Shown here one piece after another: positions 43,605 to 52,697 of a stretch of DNA of 64,000 nt. Position 1 is the first letter of the stretch; every line of letters begins with the position of its first letter. The stretch is from NCBI GenBank assembly GCA_003223555.1, contig QHVM01000085.1, positions 92,211-156,210 on the forward strand. The letters are read 5' to 3'. Origin of the DNA: Acidobacteriota bacterium (GTDB lineage: Bacteria; Acidobacteriota; Vicinamibacteria; Fen-336). The translations under genes were made by a program, and so were the position numbers. The notes below the pieces were generated by a model that was not told the DNA's origin, ran no database searches, and saw only the letters and a list, made by a program, of their open reading frames with translations.

Positions 43605-45211
43605 CGGGGCGGCCGCGACCAGCAGCCGTGCCCACCCGCGTCGCGGTGGGGGATCGGGATGTCGATCGGCTTCATGTCGGAGGCGGCGCGTCCCACCAGC
43701 ACCGGCGTGGAGCCCGGCGTCACCTGCAGGTCCAGGATCCTCATGCGCGTCCGGCCGATCATGGGCAGGATCGCGGCCTGACGCTCGAGGCCGCCGCGGG
43801 CGAGCCGGATGTGGGTGGCGTCGGAGGGGAACTGGTTGAGCGTGGGGTCGACCGGGACCCAGGCGCCCCGGCCGCGCGCGGCGTCCTCGAGGTAGACCTC
43901 CGGCCAGGCGTGATAGTAGAAGGCGCCGTGGAGGTGGACGAGGCCGACCGCGATCCGAGCCGGGATGCCGAGCGAGCGGGCCATGGCCACGTAGAGGGCG
44001 GTGTGCTCGTTGCAGTCACCGACCTTGGTCCGCAGCACCTCGCGCGCGGAGGGCAGGCTGACCGTCGGCTTCTTCTCGAGCAGGGCGTTCACGTAGCGGA
44101 CGAGCCGCTCGGCCCGCGCGCGCGGGCCCTCCACTCCCTGCACGGCCTTGGCCGCCTCGGCCCGCACCTCGGGGGCGTCGCTCTCCAGGAACGGCTCGGG
44201 AGCCAGATAGCTCGCGGCGCCGGGGTCGGCCGGACCGGGGGGCAGCGTGCGCGAGTCGCGCACCTCGATCACGTCGCCGCTGGCCGTCTGGCCGGCGCCC
44301 TGCAGGTCCGCCTCGCCCACGCTGATGCCCTCGAGCCGCACGCGGAGCCGCTCGACCGCGGCCGGGTCGTCGATCTTCGGGCCCTCGGGCACCACGGCCG
44401 CCGCCTCCAGCATGTCGGTCTGGACGTCGCCCGGCACCGCCAGCGCGGTGGCCCGGTCGCGGGTCTCCTTCACCACGATGAGGCCCATGGGGCTCTCCTC
44501 GCGCACGACCTCGCCGACGTCGGTGATCCAGGAGGTGGAGACGAGGCCGCCGAACTGCATGCGCACCTTGAAGGCGGGGACGGGGCGTCCGGCCGCGCGC
44601 ACGAGCTCGCGGGCCTGGACGTCGAGCGACATCGGCGCGTTGCGCAGTGTGGCGGGGTCGAAGACCGCCATCTCGCGGTGCTGGCCGGTGGCCAGGCCCT
44701 CCGCGGCCAGGTGCCGCGACAGGTTGAGGGACAGCGCCGGGGGCTCGGCCAGGTCGCGGCTCTCCGTCCGCTTGCCCGAGGGTGTCTCCACCGTGAGGTC
44801 GAGCCGCCGGCCGTCCAGCGTGCCCTCGACCTTCACCGGGCCGCTGCCCGGGTCGAGCGAGAAGACGAACGAGCGCAGGGCGAAGGCCTTGTCGACGCGG
44901 GCGAGCGTGTGGATGCGGGCCGCGGTGGTGGCGCCGAGCAGGGCCATCTGGAGCTGGCCGTCTTCCTGGAGCTCGTAGCCGGCGGCGGTGGGGATCGTCT
45001 GGCCCACCATGAAGCCGATCTTCTCGCCCCGGTAGTAGACCCCCTTCCACTGCGCGGTCGAGCCGTAACGGGCCAGGTCGGCGGCGAGGTTGAGGGAGGA
45101 CGCCTGCAAGTAGGAGCGGTCGAGCAGCAGGCCCATCTGGGCCAGCCACGCCGCCACGATCAGCCAGGACGCGACGCGAGAGAGCGATCGCGGGATGGGG
45201 CGCAGGAACAC
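43601..45211 (-). CDS. membrane-anchored transglutaminase-like domain protein
   Basis: N-terminal transmembrane helix. C-terminal transglutaminase core Cys-His-Asp region (GDCNEHTALYVAMARSLGIPARIAVG ... YHAWPEVYL). Confidence 0.7.
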   Translation of the reverse strand: MFLRPIPRSLSRVASWLIVAAWLAQMGLLLDRSYLQASSLNLAADLARYGSTAQWKGVYYRGEKIGFMVGQTIPTAAGYELQEDGQLQMALLGATTAARIHTLARVDKAFALRSFVFSLDPGSGPVKVEGTLDGRRLDLTVETPSGKRTESRDLAEPPALSLNLSRHLAAEGLATGQHREMAVFDPATLRNAPMSLDVQARELVRAAGRPVPAFKVRMQFGGLVSTSWITDVGEVVREESPMGLIVVKETRDRATALAVPGDVQTDMLEAAAVVPEGPKIDDPAAVERLRVRLEGISVGEADLQGAGQTASGDVIEVRDSRTLPPGPADPGAASYLAPEPFLESDAPEVRAEAAKAVQGVEGPRARAERLVRYVNALLEKKPTVSLPSAREVLRTKVGDCNEHTALYVAMARSLGIPARIAVGLVHLHGAFYYHAWPEVYLEDAARGRGAWVPVDPTLNQFPSDATHIRLARGGLERQAAILPMIGRTRMRILDLQVTPGSTPVLVGRAASDMKPIDIPIPHRDAGGHGCWSRPPR

Positions 45212-45229
45212 GCCGAATTATATACTTTC

Positions 45230-45970
45230 GTGGTGGATCCGGCCGCCGTGGACGTGGTCCTCGTGCGCCCGCGCAACCCCGCCAACGTCGCCGCCGCATG
45301 CCGCGCGCTGAAGAACATGGGGCTGTGGTCGCTGCGCCTGGTGGGGGAGGACCCCGGGCTCGCCCGGCCCGAGGCGCGGAACCTCGCCTACGGCGCCTGG
45401 GACCTGCTCGACGCGGTGGTCTTCTTCCCCACGCTCGCCGACGCGGTGGCCGACGCCGCGCTGGTCGCGGGGACGTCGGGCCGCGACGATCCGGCCGCGT
45501 GGTCCCCCCGGCGGCTGGCCGTGGAGGGCGCAGCGCGAGCCGACGGGGGACGGACCTCGCTCGTGTTCGGTCCGGAGTCGAGCGGGCTCACCGGCGACGA
45601 GCTGGCGCGGTGCCACGTTCGCGTGCGTATCCCGGCCGACGCCGCGCAGCCGTCGCTGAACCTGGCCCAGGCGGTCCTGATCCTGGCCTACGAGGTCCGC
45701 CTCTCCGCGGAACAGGCGGCTCCGGCCGAGTCGGGGCCGCCGCGCGCCGCGGCCGGCGAGCTGGAGGCCGCGCTGCGCGAGCTCCGGGAAGGCCTCGTCG
45801 GAATCGGCTACCTGAGCCCGGCCAACCCGGACGCGATCCTGGCCGAGCTCCGCTTCCTCATCGCGCGCGCGGGCCCTACGCCGAGGGAGGCGGCCCTCCT
45901 GCGCGGCCTCGCCCGCCAGCTCTGCTGGGCGTCCGGCCGCATTGCGGGCAAGGATGAAGAAAACCGATAA
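45230..45970 (+). CDS. SpoU/TrmH-family tRNA/rRNA 2'-O-methyltransferase (TrmJ-like)
   Basis: VVLVRPRNPANVAAACRALKNMG and LVFGPESSGL motifs. GTG start right after the AT-rich TATACT. Confidence 0.75.
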   Translation: MVDPAAVDVVLVRPRNPANVAAACRALKNMGLWSLRLVGEDPGLARPEARNLAYGAWDLLDAVVFFPTLADAVADAALVAGTSGRDDPAAWSPRRLAVEGAARADGGRTSLVFGPESSGLTGDELARCHVRVRIPADAAQPSLNLAQAVLILAYEVRLSAEQAAPAESGPPRAAAGELEAALRELREGLVGIGYLSPANPDAILAELRFLIARAGPTPREAALLRGLARQLCWASGRIAGKDEENR

Positions 45971-46005
45971 TCGGCCACTGGCAGCGAGCTCCCGAGCGAG
46001 CGATC

Positions 46006-46467
46006 ATGACAGAACTTCGTGTCCCGACCGTGGCCATGGCCGCAGAAGTCACCTGCGCCGACGGCCGGACGTTCGCGGGACGCATCTTCGTGCCCGCGGC
46101 CGCCTCCCGCCACAGCGGTCCCACGCGGCCCGACGAGTGGATCAACGAGCCGCTCCCATACTTCCCCTTCCTGCCCGACGACGCGACGGTTCCGGTCATG
46201 CTGAACAAGTACACGGTGCTCGTAGTGACCGTCCAGGAGGACGAGGCGCAGGGCGAAGAGCCCCTCGGCATCCAGCGCCGCATCGCGGTCGAGTGCGGAG
46301 CCAGGCGGCTGGAGGGCATGCTGCAGATCGACATGCCCGAGAACCAGAGGCGAGTGCTCGACTGCTTGAACCGGTTCGAGCTGTTCCTGACCCTCCGGGA
46401 CGGGCCGCGCCGCCACCTCGTGCAGAAGCAGCACATCACCCGGGTGGTCGAGATCCGGGAGGAGTGA
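46006..46467 (+). CDS. hypothetical protein
   Basis: 153-aa ORF with a clean start and coding-like composition. No motif recognised. Confidence 0.5.
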   Translation: MTELRVPTVAMAAEVTCADGRTFAGRIFVPAAASRHSGPTRPDEWINEPLPYFPFLPDDATVPVMLNKYTVLVVTVQEDEAQGEEPLGIQRRIAVECGARRLEGMLQIDMPENQRRVLDCLNRFELFLTLRDGPRRHLVQKQHITRVVEIREE

Positions 46468-46473
46468 ACAAGG

Positions 46474-47031
46474 GTGTCCCTGGACCGGATCCTGCAAGCC
46501 ACCGTCAAGGCCGGCGGCCACGAGGTGCGCCTGGTGCCGGGCCGCCGCATCGTGATCCTCACCCCGGCGGGCGAGCGGGAGGTGCAGGGGCCGGCGCAGA
46601 CCCCCGCCGCCATCGATGATCTCATCGCGCCGCCGTTGACCGCCGACGCCCGCCGAGCGCTGGCCGACGGCCGTGCCGAATGGGCGGTCGAGGTGCCAGG
46701 GGTGGGAGCGGTGCGGGCCCGGGTAGATCGCCGGCCCGACGGCACCGTCGCTTCGCTCGCCGTAGGGCAGGCGCCCGCGGGCCGCCCCGCGGGATCCGCG
46801 GCCGAGATCGAGGAGCTCTTCCGGGCGATGGTGGAGATGAAGGCCTCCGACCTGCACCTCTCGGTGGGCTCGCTCCACACCTCTTCCGCCCCCTCGACGG
46901 TGGACCGGATCATCGACCAGTTCCCGGCCGACCACGCCAAGGCGGTGGACAAGGCGGGCCTGCTGAGCATGTTCAAGAAGGCCGGCATCGACACGTCCTG
47001 GGTGCCCGCCGAGGCCGCCCCCGGCACCTAG
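46474..47031 (+). CDS. stand-alone PilT N-terminal-domain-like protein (no ATPase domain)
   Basis: Residues 1-100 follow the PilT N-domain pattern (..VRL.PG..I....G.....P....A.......L........FEVPGVGA.R..V.....G....R). Residues 113-130 (IEELFRAMVEMKASDLHLSVGS) repeat the canonical start of PilT (..ASDLHL). The protein ends after 185 aa. Confidence 0.5.
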   Translation: MSLDRILQATVKAGGHEVRLVPGRRIVILTPAGEREVQGPAQTPAAIDDLIAPPLTADARRALADGRAEWAVEVPGVGAVRARVDRRPDGTVASLAVGQAPAGRPAGSAAEIEELFRAMVEMKASDLHLSVGSLHTSSAPSTVDRIIDQFPADHAKAVDKAGLLSMFKKAGIDTSWVPAEAAPGT

Positions 47032-47667
47032 TTGGAGCTCGTCGCGGTCGACCCCGAACATCCGGCGGAGGACGTCATCGCGCGCGCGGCGTCCGTGCTG
47101 AACGCGGGGGGGCTGCTGATCTATCCGACCGACACGCTGTACGCCCTCGGCGGCCTGGCCCGGGCACCGGAGGCCGCGCGGAAGGTCCGGGCCGCCAAGG
47201 GACGCGGTGAGGCCAAGCCGCTGCCCCTGATCGCGGGCAGCCTCGAGCAGGCGCGCTCGCTCTGCGCGGCCTGGCCCCCTTCTGCGTCGCGGCTGGCGGG
47301 ACGGTTCTGGCCGGGACCGCTGTCCCTGGTCCTGCCCGCGCAAGCGGCCGTGCCGGCCGAGGTCACCTCCGGCACCGGGAGCGTGGCCGTGCGCGTCCCG
47401 GCCTGCGCGCTGGACCGCCGGTTGTGCGCCACGGCCGGTCCCCTCATCGCCACCTCGGCCAACCGGGCCGGGCAGGACGCGCCGCGGTCGTGCGCGGAGG
47501 CGGTGGCCGCGGTGGGACGTTGGGCCGCGCTGGCCCTGGACGGCGGAGCCGGCCCGGCGGCCGCCTCCACGCTCGTGGACCTCACCGGCGAGTTCCCCCG
47601 CCTGCTGCGGGCCGGCCCCGTGCCGTGGGAGGACGTACTGGCCTCGCTCGGCGCGCGCTCCTGCTAG
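47032..47667 (+). CDS. tsaC: L-threonylcarbamoyladenylate synthase (YrdC/Sua5 family)
   Basis: YrdC motifs (LIYPTDTLYALG, KGRGEAKPLPLIAGS, IATSANRAGQ). Confidence 0.85.
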   Translation: MELVAVDPEHPAEDVIARAASVLNAGGLLIYPTDTLYALGGLARAPEAARKVRAAKGRGEAKPLPLIAGSLEQARSLCAAWPPSASRLAGRFWPGPLSLVLPAQAAVPAEVTSGTGSVAVRVPACALDRRLCATAGPLIATSANRAGQDAPRSCAEAVAAVGRWAALALDGGAGPAAASTLVDLTGEFPRLLRAGPVPWEDVLASLGARSC

Positions 47668-47700
47668 AATCGAGAAGGAAGAGAGAAGGCGAGAGCGACC

Positions 47701-48978
47701 ATCACCGACCGCACCGACCTCACGCCGGGCAACAACCCCGCCGAGAAAGCGCTCCTGGTCGGCGTCGCGAGCGGACCCCGGGCCCGGCTCGAGACCGAGA
47801 CCTCGGTCGAGGAGCTGGGCGCCCTGGCCCGCACCGCGGGGGCCCAGGTCGTGGGCACCATCGTCCAGGAGCGCAAGCGCAAGGACCCGGCGACGCTCAT
47901 CGGCCGCGGCAAGGTGGAGGAGGTGGCGCGGACGGCGGAGGCCAAGCGCGTCGACCTGCTGCTCTTCGACGACGAGCTGTCGCCCGCCCAGCAGCGCAAC
48001 CTCGAGCGCGCGGTGGGCCGCAAGACCCTGGACCGCACCCAGCTCATCCTCGACATCTTCGCCCGGCGGGCCCGGAGCCGTGAGGGCCGGCTGCAGGTGG
48101 AGCTGGCCCAGCTCGACTACCTCCTGCCCCGCCTGACCGGCCGGGGCGCGCTCATGTCGCGGCTGGGCGGCGGCATCGGCACGCGCGGACCGGGGGAGAC
48201 GAAGCTCGAGACGGACCGCCGCCGCATCCGCCACCGGATCCAGGCCGTCAAGCGGGAGATCGAGAAGGTCCGGCGCGACCGCCACACCCGCCGCGAGGCC
48301 CGGCAGCGCACGCAGGCCCCGGTGGTGGCGCTGGTGGGCTACACCAACGCGGGCAAGTCGACGCTGTTCACGGCCCTGACCCGGGCCCGGGCCGAGGTCT
48401 CCGACCAGCTCTTCATGACCCTCGACCCGCTCATCCGCAAGGCCGACTTCGGGCCCGGCCGCGAGGTGCTGGTCGTCGACACCGTGGGCTTCATCCAGAA
48501 GCTGCCCCACGCCCTGGTCGCCGCGTTCCGGGCTACGCTCGAAGAGCTGACCGAGGCCGACCTGCTGCTGCACGTGATCGACGCTTCGGCGGAGGACATG
48601 GAGGAGCGCGAGGCGGCGGTGGAGTCGGTGCTGCGGGAGATCGGCGCGGCGGACCACCCGCGCCTCCCGGTGCTGAACAAGGCCGACCTCGTCCCCCCCG
48701 CGCGCGCCGCGGGACTGCGGGCCGCGCGCCCCGACGCGGTGCTCGTCTCGGCGAGCACGGGTCGGGGGCTCGACGAGCTGGCCGCGGCCCTCAGCCGCCG
48801 CCTGGCCCTGGCGCCCCAGCGGGTCCGGCTGCGATTCCCCTCGCGGGACGCCCGCGCCATCGCCGGCGTGTACGCGGCCGGGAGGGTCGTGGCCCATGAG
48901 GTGCGCGGCGACGAGGTCACGCTCGAGGCGGAGATCCCCGAGCGCCTGCTGGAGCGGTACCGGGAGCATCTCTTGTGA
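47701..48978 (+). CDS. hflX: GTPase HflX; 5' end uncertain, with no canonical start codon
   Basis: The HflX N-domain (ALLVGVASG...SVEELGALARTAGAQVVG) is in frame upstream of the ORF-track GTG at 47851. It continues into the G-domain (GYTNAGKST, DTVGF, NKAD). The only stop upstream is the tsaC TAG, in the same frame. ATC 47701 follows a GAAGG/GAGAAGG RBS-like stretch. Confidence 0.8.
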   Translation: MTDRTDLTPGNNPAEKALLVGVASGPRARLETETSVEELGALARTAGAQVVGTIVQERKRKDPATLIGRGKVEEVARTAEAKRVDLLLFDDELSPAQQRNLERAVGRKTLDRTQLILDIFARRARSREGRLQVELAQLDYLLPRLTGRGALMSRLGGGIGTRGPGETKLETDRRRIRHRIQAVKREIEKVRRDRHTRREARQRTQAPVVALVGYTNAGKSTLFTALTRARAEVSDQLFMTLDPLIRKADFGPGREVLVVDTVGFIQKLPHALVAAFRATLEELTEADLLLHVIDASAEDMEEREAAVESVLREIGAADHPRLPVLNKADLVPPARAAGLRAARPDAVLVSASTGRGLDELAAALSRRLALAPQRVRLRFPSRDARAIAGVYAAGRVVAHEVRGDEVTLEAEIPERLLERYREHLL

Positions 48979-50288
48979 GACCGGACGCCGTCGCGCTGGC
49001 CCTCGCCCTCGGCGGGGCCGCGCTCCTGCCTACTTGCGCCCCTCCGCCGCGGGCGCCGCTGCCGGACACCGACGAATACGTGTTCCCGGCCTCGGCTCCG
49101 GGCCAGCTCTCGCCGTCCGAGTCCCAGCGCCTGCAGAAGGCCTGGGCGCAGATCCTGGCCGGCCGAGCGCTCGAGGCGCAGAAAGACCTCCAGAAGCTCC
49201 TGGCGAAGAGTCCCGGCCTGGTGCCGGCGGAGACGGCCCTGGCCTATGCCCGCCTGCGGGCGGGGCAGCTCGACGATGCGGCACGCAGCTTCGAGAACGT
49301 CATCGGGCGTCGCCCCGATTACGTGCCCGCCCGGGCGGGCGCCGCGGCCACTGCGGTGCGGCGGGGCGAGGCCGAGGCCGCCCTGCGGCTCTACCGCGGG
49401 GCGCTGGAGGCGGAGCCGGGCAGCGGCTTCCTCCGGCAGCGGGTGGCCGAGCTGCGCGTCCAGGTGACCGAGCGCCGCGTGGCCGGGGCCCGCGCCGCCC
49501 AGGCCGCGGGCCGCTTCGAGGAGGCGGTCGCGACCTATCGCCTGGCCCTGGAGGCGGCGCCGGAGGTCGCGGGCCTTCGGCTCGAGCTGGCCAACCTCCT
49601 GGCCTCCGGTGGAGACGTCGAAGCCGCCGTGGGGGTCCTGCGGGCCGACCCGACCGAGGATCGGCAGGTCCTGCTGCGCCTGGCGGACCTCGCGACGCAG
49701 CGCAAGGACTATCCCGGCGCGCTCGAGGCCTACCGCCGGCTCCTGGCCCGCGACCCGCACGACGCGGAGGCGCAGAGGCGCTCGCGGGAGGTCCGGGAGG
49801 CGGTCGAGCTGGAGCAGATGCCCGAGGAGTACCGGCGCATCGCGACCGCGACCGCGATCACGCGCGCGGACCTGGCGGCCCTGGTTGCGGTGAAGGTGAC
49901 CGCGCTTGCCCGCGTGCCCGCCGGCGAGCCCCGGGTGGCGGTGGACATCTCCGGGTCCTGGGCGCGCAGCCACATCATCAAGGCCCTGGCCTACGACATC
50001 GTGACCGTCTACCCCAACCATACCTTCCAGCCGGCCGCCACCGCCCGCCGCGGCGACCTGGCCCGCGCGGTGCAGCGTGTCCTCGACCTGTTGAAGTGGC
50101 CGGCGGGCCCCGCCCCCAACCCCACCGACATGTCGCACAGCAACGTCTACTACTACCCGGCCACCCGCGTGGTGGGGGCAGGGCTCATGGACCTGACGCC
50201 GGCCGGCGGCTTCGAGGCCTGGCGGCCGGCGTCGGGTCCGGAAGCGGTCGCGGTCGTCGAAGAGCTGGTCCGCCTGGTGGGGCCCTAG
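48975..50288 (+). CDS. lipoprotein with TPR repeats and a C-terminal SLH (S-layer homology) domain
   Basis: Signal and lipobox-like LLPTC, TPR-like helices, then an SLH-like region (ITRADLAALVAVKV ... YPNHTFQPAATARRGDLARAV). Confidence 0.6.
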   Translation: MRPDAVALALALGGAALLPTCAPPPRAPLPDTDEYVFPASAPGQLSPSESQRLQKAWAQILAGRALEAQKDLQKLLAKSPGLVPAETALAYARLRAGQLDDAARSFENVIGRRPDYVPARAGAAATAVRRGEAEAALRLYRGALEAEPGSGFLRQRVAELRVQVTERRVAGARAAQAAGRFEEAVATYRLALEAAPEVAGLRLELANLLASGGDVEAAVGVLRADPTEDRQVLLRLADLATQRKDYPGALEAYRRLLARDPHDAEAQRRSREVREAVELEQMPEEYRRIATATAITRADLAALVAVKVTALARVPAGEPRVAVDISGSWARSHIIKALAYDIVTVYPNHTFQPAATARRGDLARAVQRVLDLLKWPAGPAPNPTDMSHSNVYYYPATRVVGAGLMDLTPAGGFEAWRPASGPEAVAVVEELVRLVGP

Positions 50289-50314
50289 AGGCCGTACGAG
50301 ACTGAGCCAAGGCT

Positions 50315-50352
50315 GCGAGCGTAGCGGGATTCACTCCCGCGGAGCGAGCGGG
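50315..50352 (+). repeat. REP-like palindromic element, copy 1 (GCGAGCG-tAGCGGGATTCACTCCCGCgga-GCGAGCG)
   Basis: A hairpin GCGGGA/TCCCGC with a 5-nt loop, flanked by 7-bp direct repeats GCGAGCG. Matches copies at 54417-54454 (reverse orientation) and 57157-57209. Confidence 0.7.
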
Positions 50353-50356
50353 GGGT

Positions 50357-50420
50357 CTGGGGGGCGCGCCGCTAGCGCCCCCCAGCTGGATGAGGAGCGC
50401 GCCGCTAGCGCCCCCCAGCT
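50357..50420 (+). repeat. GC-rich hairpin (GGGGGGCGC-N7-GCGCCCCCC) followed by a 24-bp partial direct repeat
   Basis: CTGGGGGGCGCGCCGCTAGCGCCCCCCAG forms a perfect 9-bp stem. GCGCGCCGCTAGCGCCCCCCAGCT recurs 33 bp later. It lies between the TPR-SLH gene and crp. Confidence 0.6.
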
Positions 50421-50481
50421 CAATAACCGTGCTTGCCGTCCTTGACGGAGGCGTCTAATATCCTCACCGGAGGCCTCACCC

Positions 50482-51156
50482 ATGGACGAGAGGGAGGTCC
50501 TGCGGACCGTTCCCATCTTCTCGGAGCTGTCCGACGAGGACATCACGAGCCTGGCCCACCTGGCCCTCCGCAAGCGCTATCCCAAGGACACCGTCATCTT
50601 CTTCGAGAACGAGGAAGGCGATTTCTTCTTCACGATCCTCGAGGGGCGCGTCAAGGTCACGATCCTGGGCGACGACGGCCGCGAGGTCATCCTGTCCGTC
50701 CTGGGGCCCGGAGACTTCTTCGGCGAGATGGCGCTGCTCGACAACGAGCCGCGGTCGGCCACCGCAATTGCGGTCGAGGAGACGGAGCTGCTGTCGTTGC
50801 ACCGGAACGACTTCCAGACCGTCCTCAACGACAACCGCAGCATAACGACCGCCCTCATCCGCGTCCTCAGCGCGCGGCTGCGCCGGGCCAACCACCAGAT
50901 CTCGACCCTCGCGCTGCTCGACGTCTACGGCCGGGTGGCACGGGTCATCGTCGACATGGCCCGGGAGGAGGGCAAGCGGCTGCGCGACGGCCGCATCGCC
51001 TTCCGCCGCGCCACCCACCAGGAGATCGCCAACCGCATCGGGACGACCCGGGAGACGGTGACCCGCATGCTCAAGGACCTGGAGCGCCAGGGCCTGATCC
51101 ACGTCGAGGGCAAGGAGATCGTGGTCCAGCCCGACTTCGAGAAGGTCTTCGACTAG
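50482..51156 (+). CDS. Crp/Fnr-family transcriptional regulator
   Basis: cNMP-binding domain (GDFFGEMALLDNEPRSATA) and C-terminal HTH (HQEIANRIGTTRETVTRMLKDL). Confidence 0.9.
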   Translation: MDEREVLRTVPIFSELSDEDITSLAHLALRKRYPKDTVIFFENEEGDFFFTILEGRVKVTILGDDGREVILSVLGPGDFFGEMALLDNEPRSATAIAVEETELLSLHRNDFQTVLNDNRSITTALIRVLSARLRRANHQISTLALLDVYGRVARVIVDMAREEGKRLRDGRIAFRRATHQEIANRIGTTRETVTRMLKDLERQGLIHVEGKEIVVQPDFEKVFD

Positions 51157-51302
51157 GGCCTGGACCGGCCCTCCAACGCCGAGGACGCAGAGGAAAACGG
51201 AGAGGTCGCGGAGAACGGAGGGGAAGGATGGGGATCCCTTCTTAATTCCGTCTCTGCGTCCTCTCCGTTCCCCTCCGCGTCCTCTGCGTTAAAAGGCGAC
51301 AT

Positions 51303-52697
51303 CTAGAGCAGGCTCAGGAGGTGGTCCTTGATGCGGGCGCGGACGGCCTCGTCCCGCGTGGCCGTCAGGGCCATCTCCCACATCTCCACCGCCTTGCGCC
51401 AGAACTCCTGTTTCTGGTAGAGCGTGGCGAGGGCGGTGATCGCGTCGTAGAAGTCGGGCGTGATGTGCACCGCCCGCTCGTAGTGGTCGATCGCGTGGAA
51501 GACCATGCCCTTCTTCTCGTAGGCCAGGGCCAGGTAGTAGTGCAGCAGGTCGTTGAACTGGTCGATGGCCAGCCCGCGGCTGAAGGAGGCCACCGCGTCG
51601 TCGAGCCGCTCCTGCTTGAGCGCCACCACGCCTTCCTTGAGCTGCTGGCGCGCAGCCGCCTCCGAGCTGGGTGAGACCGCGGGGGCGCGGACCAGGAGCG
51701 CCTCCACGCGCCGCAGCAGCTCTGACGCTTCGAAGGGCTTCTCGAGATAGTCGTCCGCGCCGTACCTCTCCTTGACGTCGGCGGCGAAGCGCCAGCCGGT
51801 GTGGATCGCGGACACCATGATGACCGGGATGTGCCGGAAGCGCTCGCTCGTCTTGAGCTGGCGGCAGATCTCGAAGCCGTGCACTTCGGGCAGCATGCCG
51901 TCGAGCACGACCAGGTCGGGCGTGACCTCGCGCACCTTGGCCAGGGCCTCGCGCCCGCTGCGCGCGGTGACCACGCGGTACTTGCGGGACTGGAGGACGT
52001 GCTCCATCAGCTGCAGCACGGCCGGATCGTCGTCGACGGCCAGGACCGTCTGCACCTCCTCGACTGCGGGCACGCGCAGGGCGGCCGGGATCGGCACCTG
52101 GCGCAACGGGCTGCCGGCGAGCGTCTCGAAAACCGCGCGCTCCTTCTCCTCCAGCGGCACGATGGGCAGCGGCTTCAGCTCCTCGGGCTCCGGAGGGGGC
52201 GGGGCCGGCTCCGGCGCGCCCTCGCGCGGCCGCTGGACGTTCGGGGTGACGGTCCGCTGGCCGCTCTTCAGGGCCCGGCGCGCCTCGGCGACCGCATTCT
52301 TCACCGCCGACTCGAGCGCGATGAGGGGCGCGAGGCGGACGCCGGTCTTGAACTCGATCTCCGAGATCAGCGCGCGGTCGAGCGGGTCGGCCATCGCCAC
52401 CTGCAGCCGGGTCGCTTCCACCCGCACCGGGAAGACCAGGTGCCGCTCGCACAGCTCCAGGGGCACGATGTCGAGCAGGGACAGCTCGATCTCCGTCTTG
52501 GAGAGGTCGACGTGGGGGACCCCGAGCTGGCGGCCGAGGTAGGTCACCGCGAACTTCTCGGTCAGGATGTGCTGGCGCACCAGCACGCTGGCCAGCCGCT
52601 CCCCGTAGGTGCGCTGGAGCGAGAGGGCTTCGGTGAGCTGGGAAGGGGTGATGAGGTCGGCCTCGCGAAGGATCTCGCCCAGCTCCTTCCTAGGCAC
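51303..52697 (-). CDS. MshEN/GspE-N-terminal-like domain + response-regulator receiver + TPR protein
   Basis: N-terminal T2SSE_N-like region (GEILREADLITPSQLTEALSLQRTYGERLASVLV...VPLELCERHLVFPV). Receiver domain (VLAVDDDPAVL ... LVVLDGMLP ... KP). C-terminal TPR repeats. Confidence 0.7.
   Translation of the reverse strand: MPRKELGEILREADLITPSQLTEALSLQRTYGERLASVLVRQHILTEKFAVTYLGRQLGVPHVDLSKTEIELSLLDIVPLELCERHLVFPVRVEATRLQVAMADPLDRALISEIEFKTGVRLAPLIALESAVKNAVAEARRALKSGQRTVTPNVQRPREGAPEPAPPPPEPEELKPLPIVPLEEKERAVFETLAGSPLRQVPIPAALRVPAVEEVQTVLAVDDDPAVLQLMEHVLQSRKYRVVTARSGREALAKVREVTPDLVVLDGMLPEVHGFEICRQLKTSERFRHIPVIMVSAIHTGWRFAADVKERYGADDYLEKPFEASELLRRVEALLVRAPAVSPSSEAAARQQLKEGVVALKQERLDDAVASFSRGLAIDQFNDLLHYYLALAYEKKGMVFHAIDHYERAVHITPDFYDAITALATLYQKQEFWRKAVEMWEMALTATRDEAVRARIKDHLLSLL

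Noticed and set aside
43628-45229. 5' two thirds of the 780-aa plus-strand ORF 43628..45970
   Set aside because: It is antisense to the transglutaminase-like gene. Only the last about 246 codons (45230-45970) show SpoU/TrmH motifs and were annotated.
45808-48969. 1053-aa minus-strand ORF
   Set aside because: It is antisense to the trmJ-like, tsaC and hflX genes, and no recognisable domains are present.
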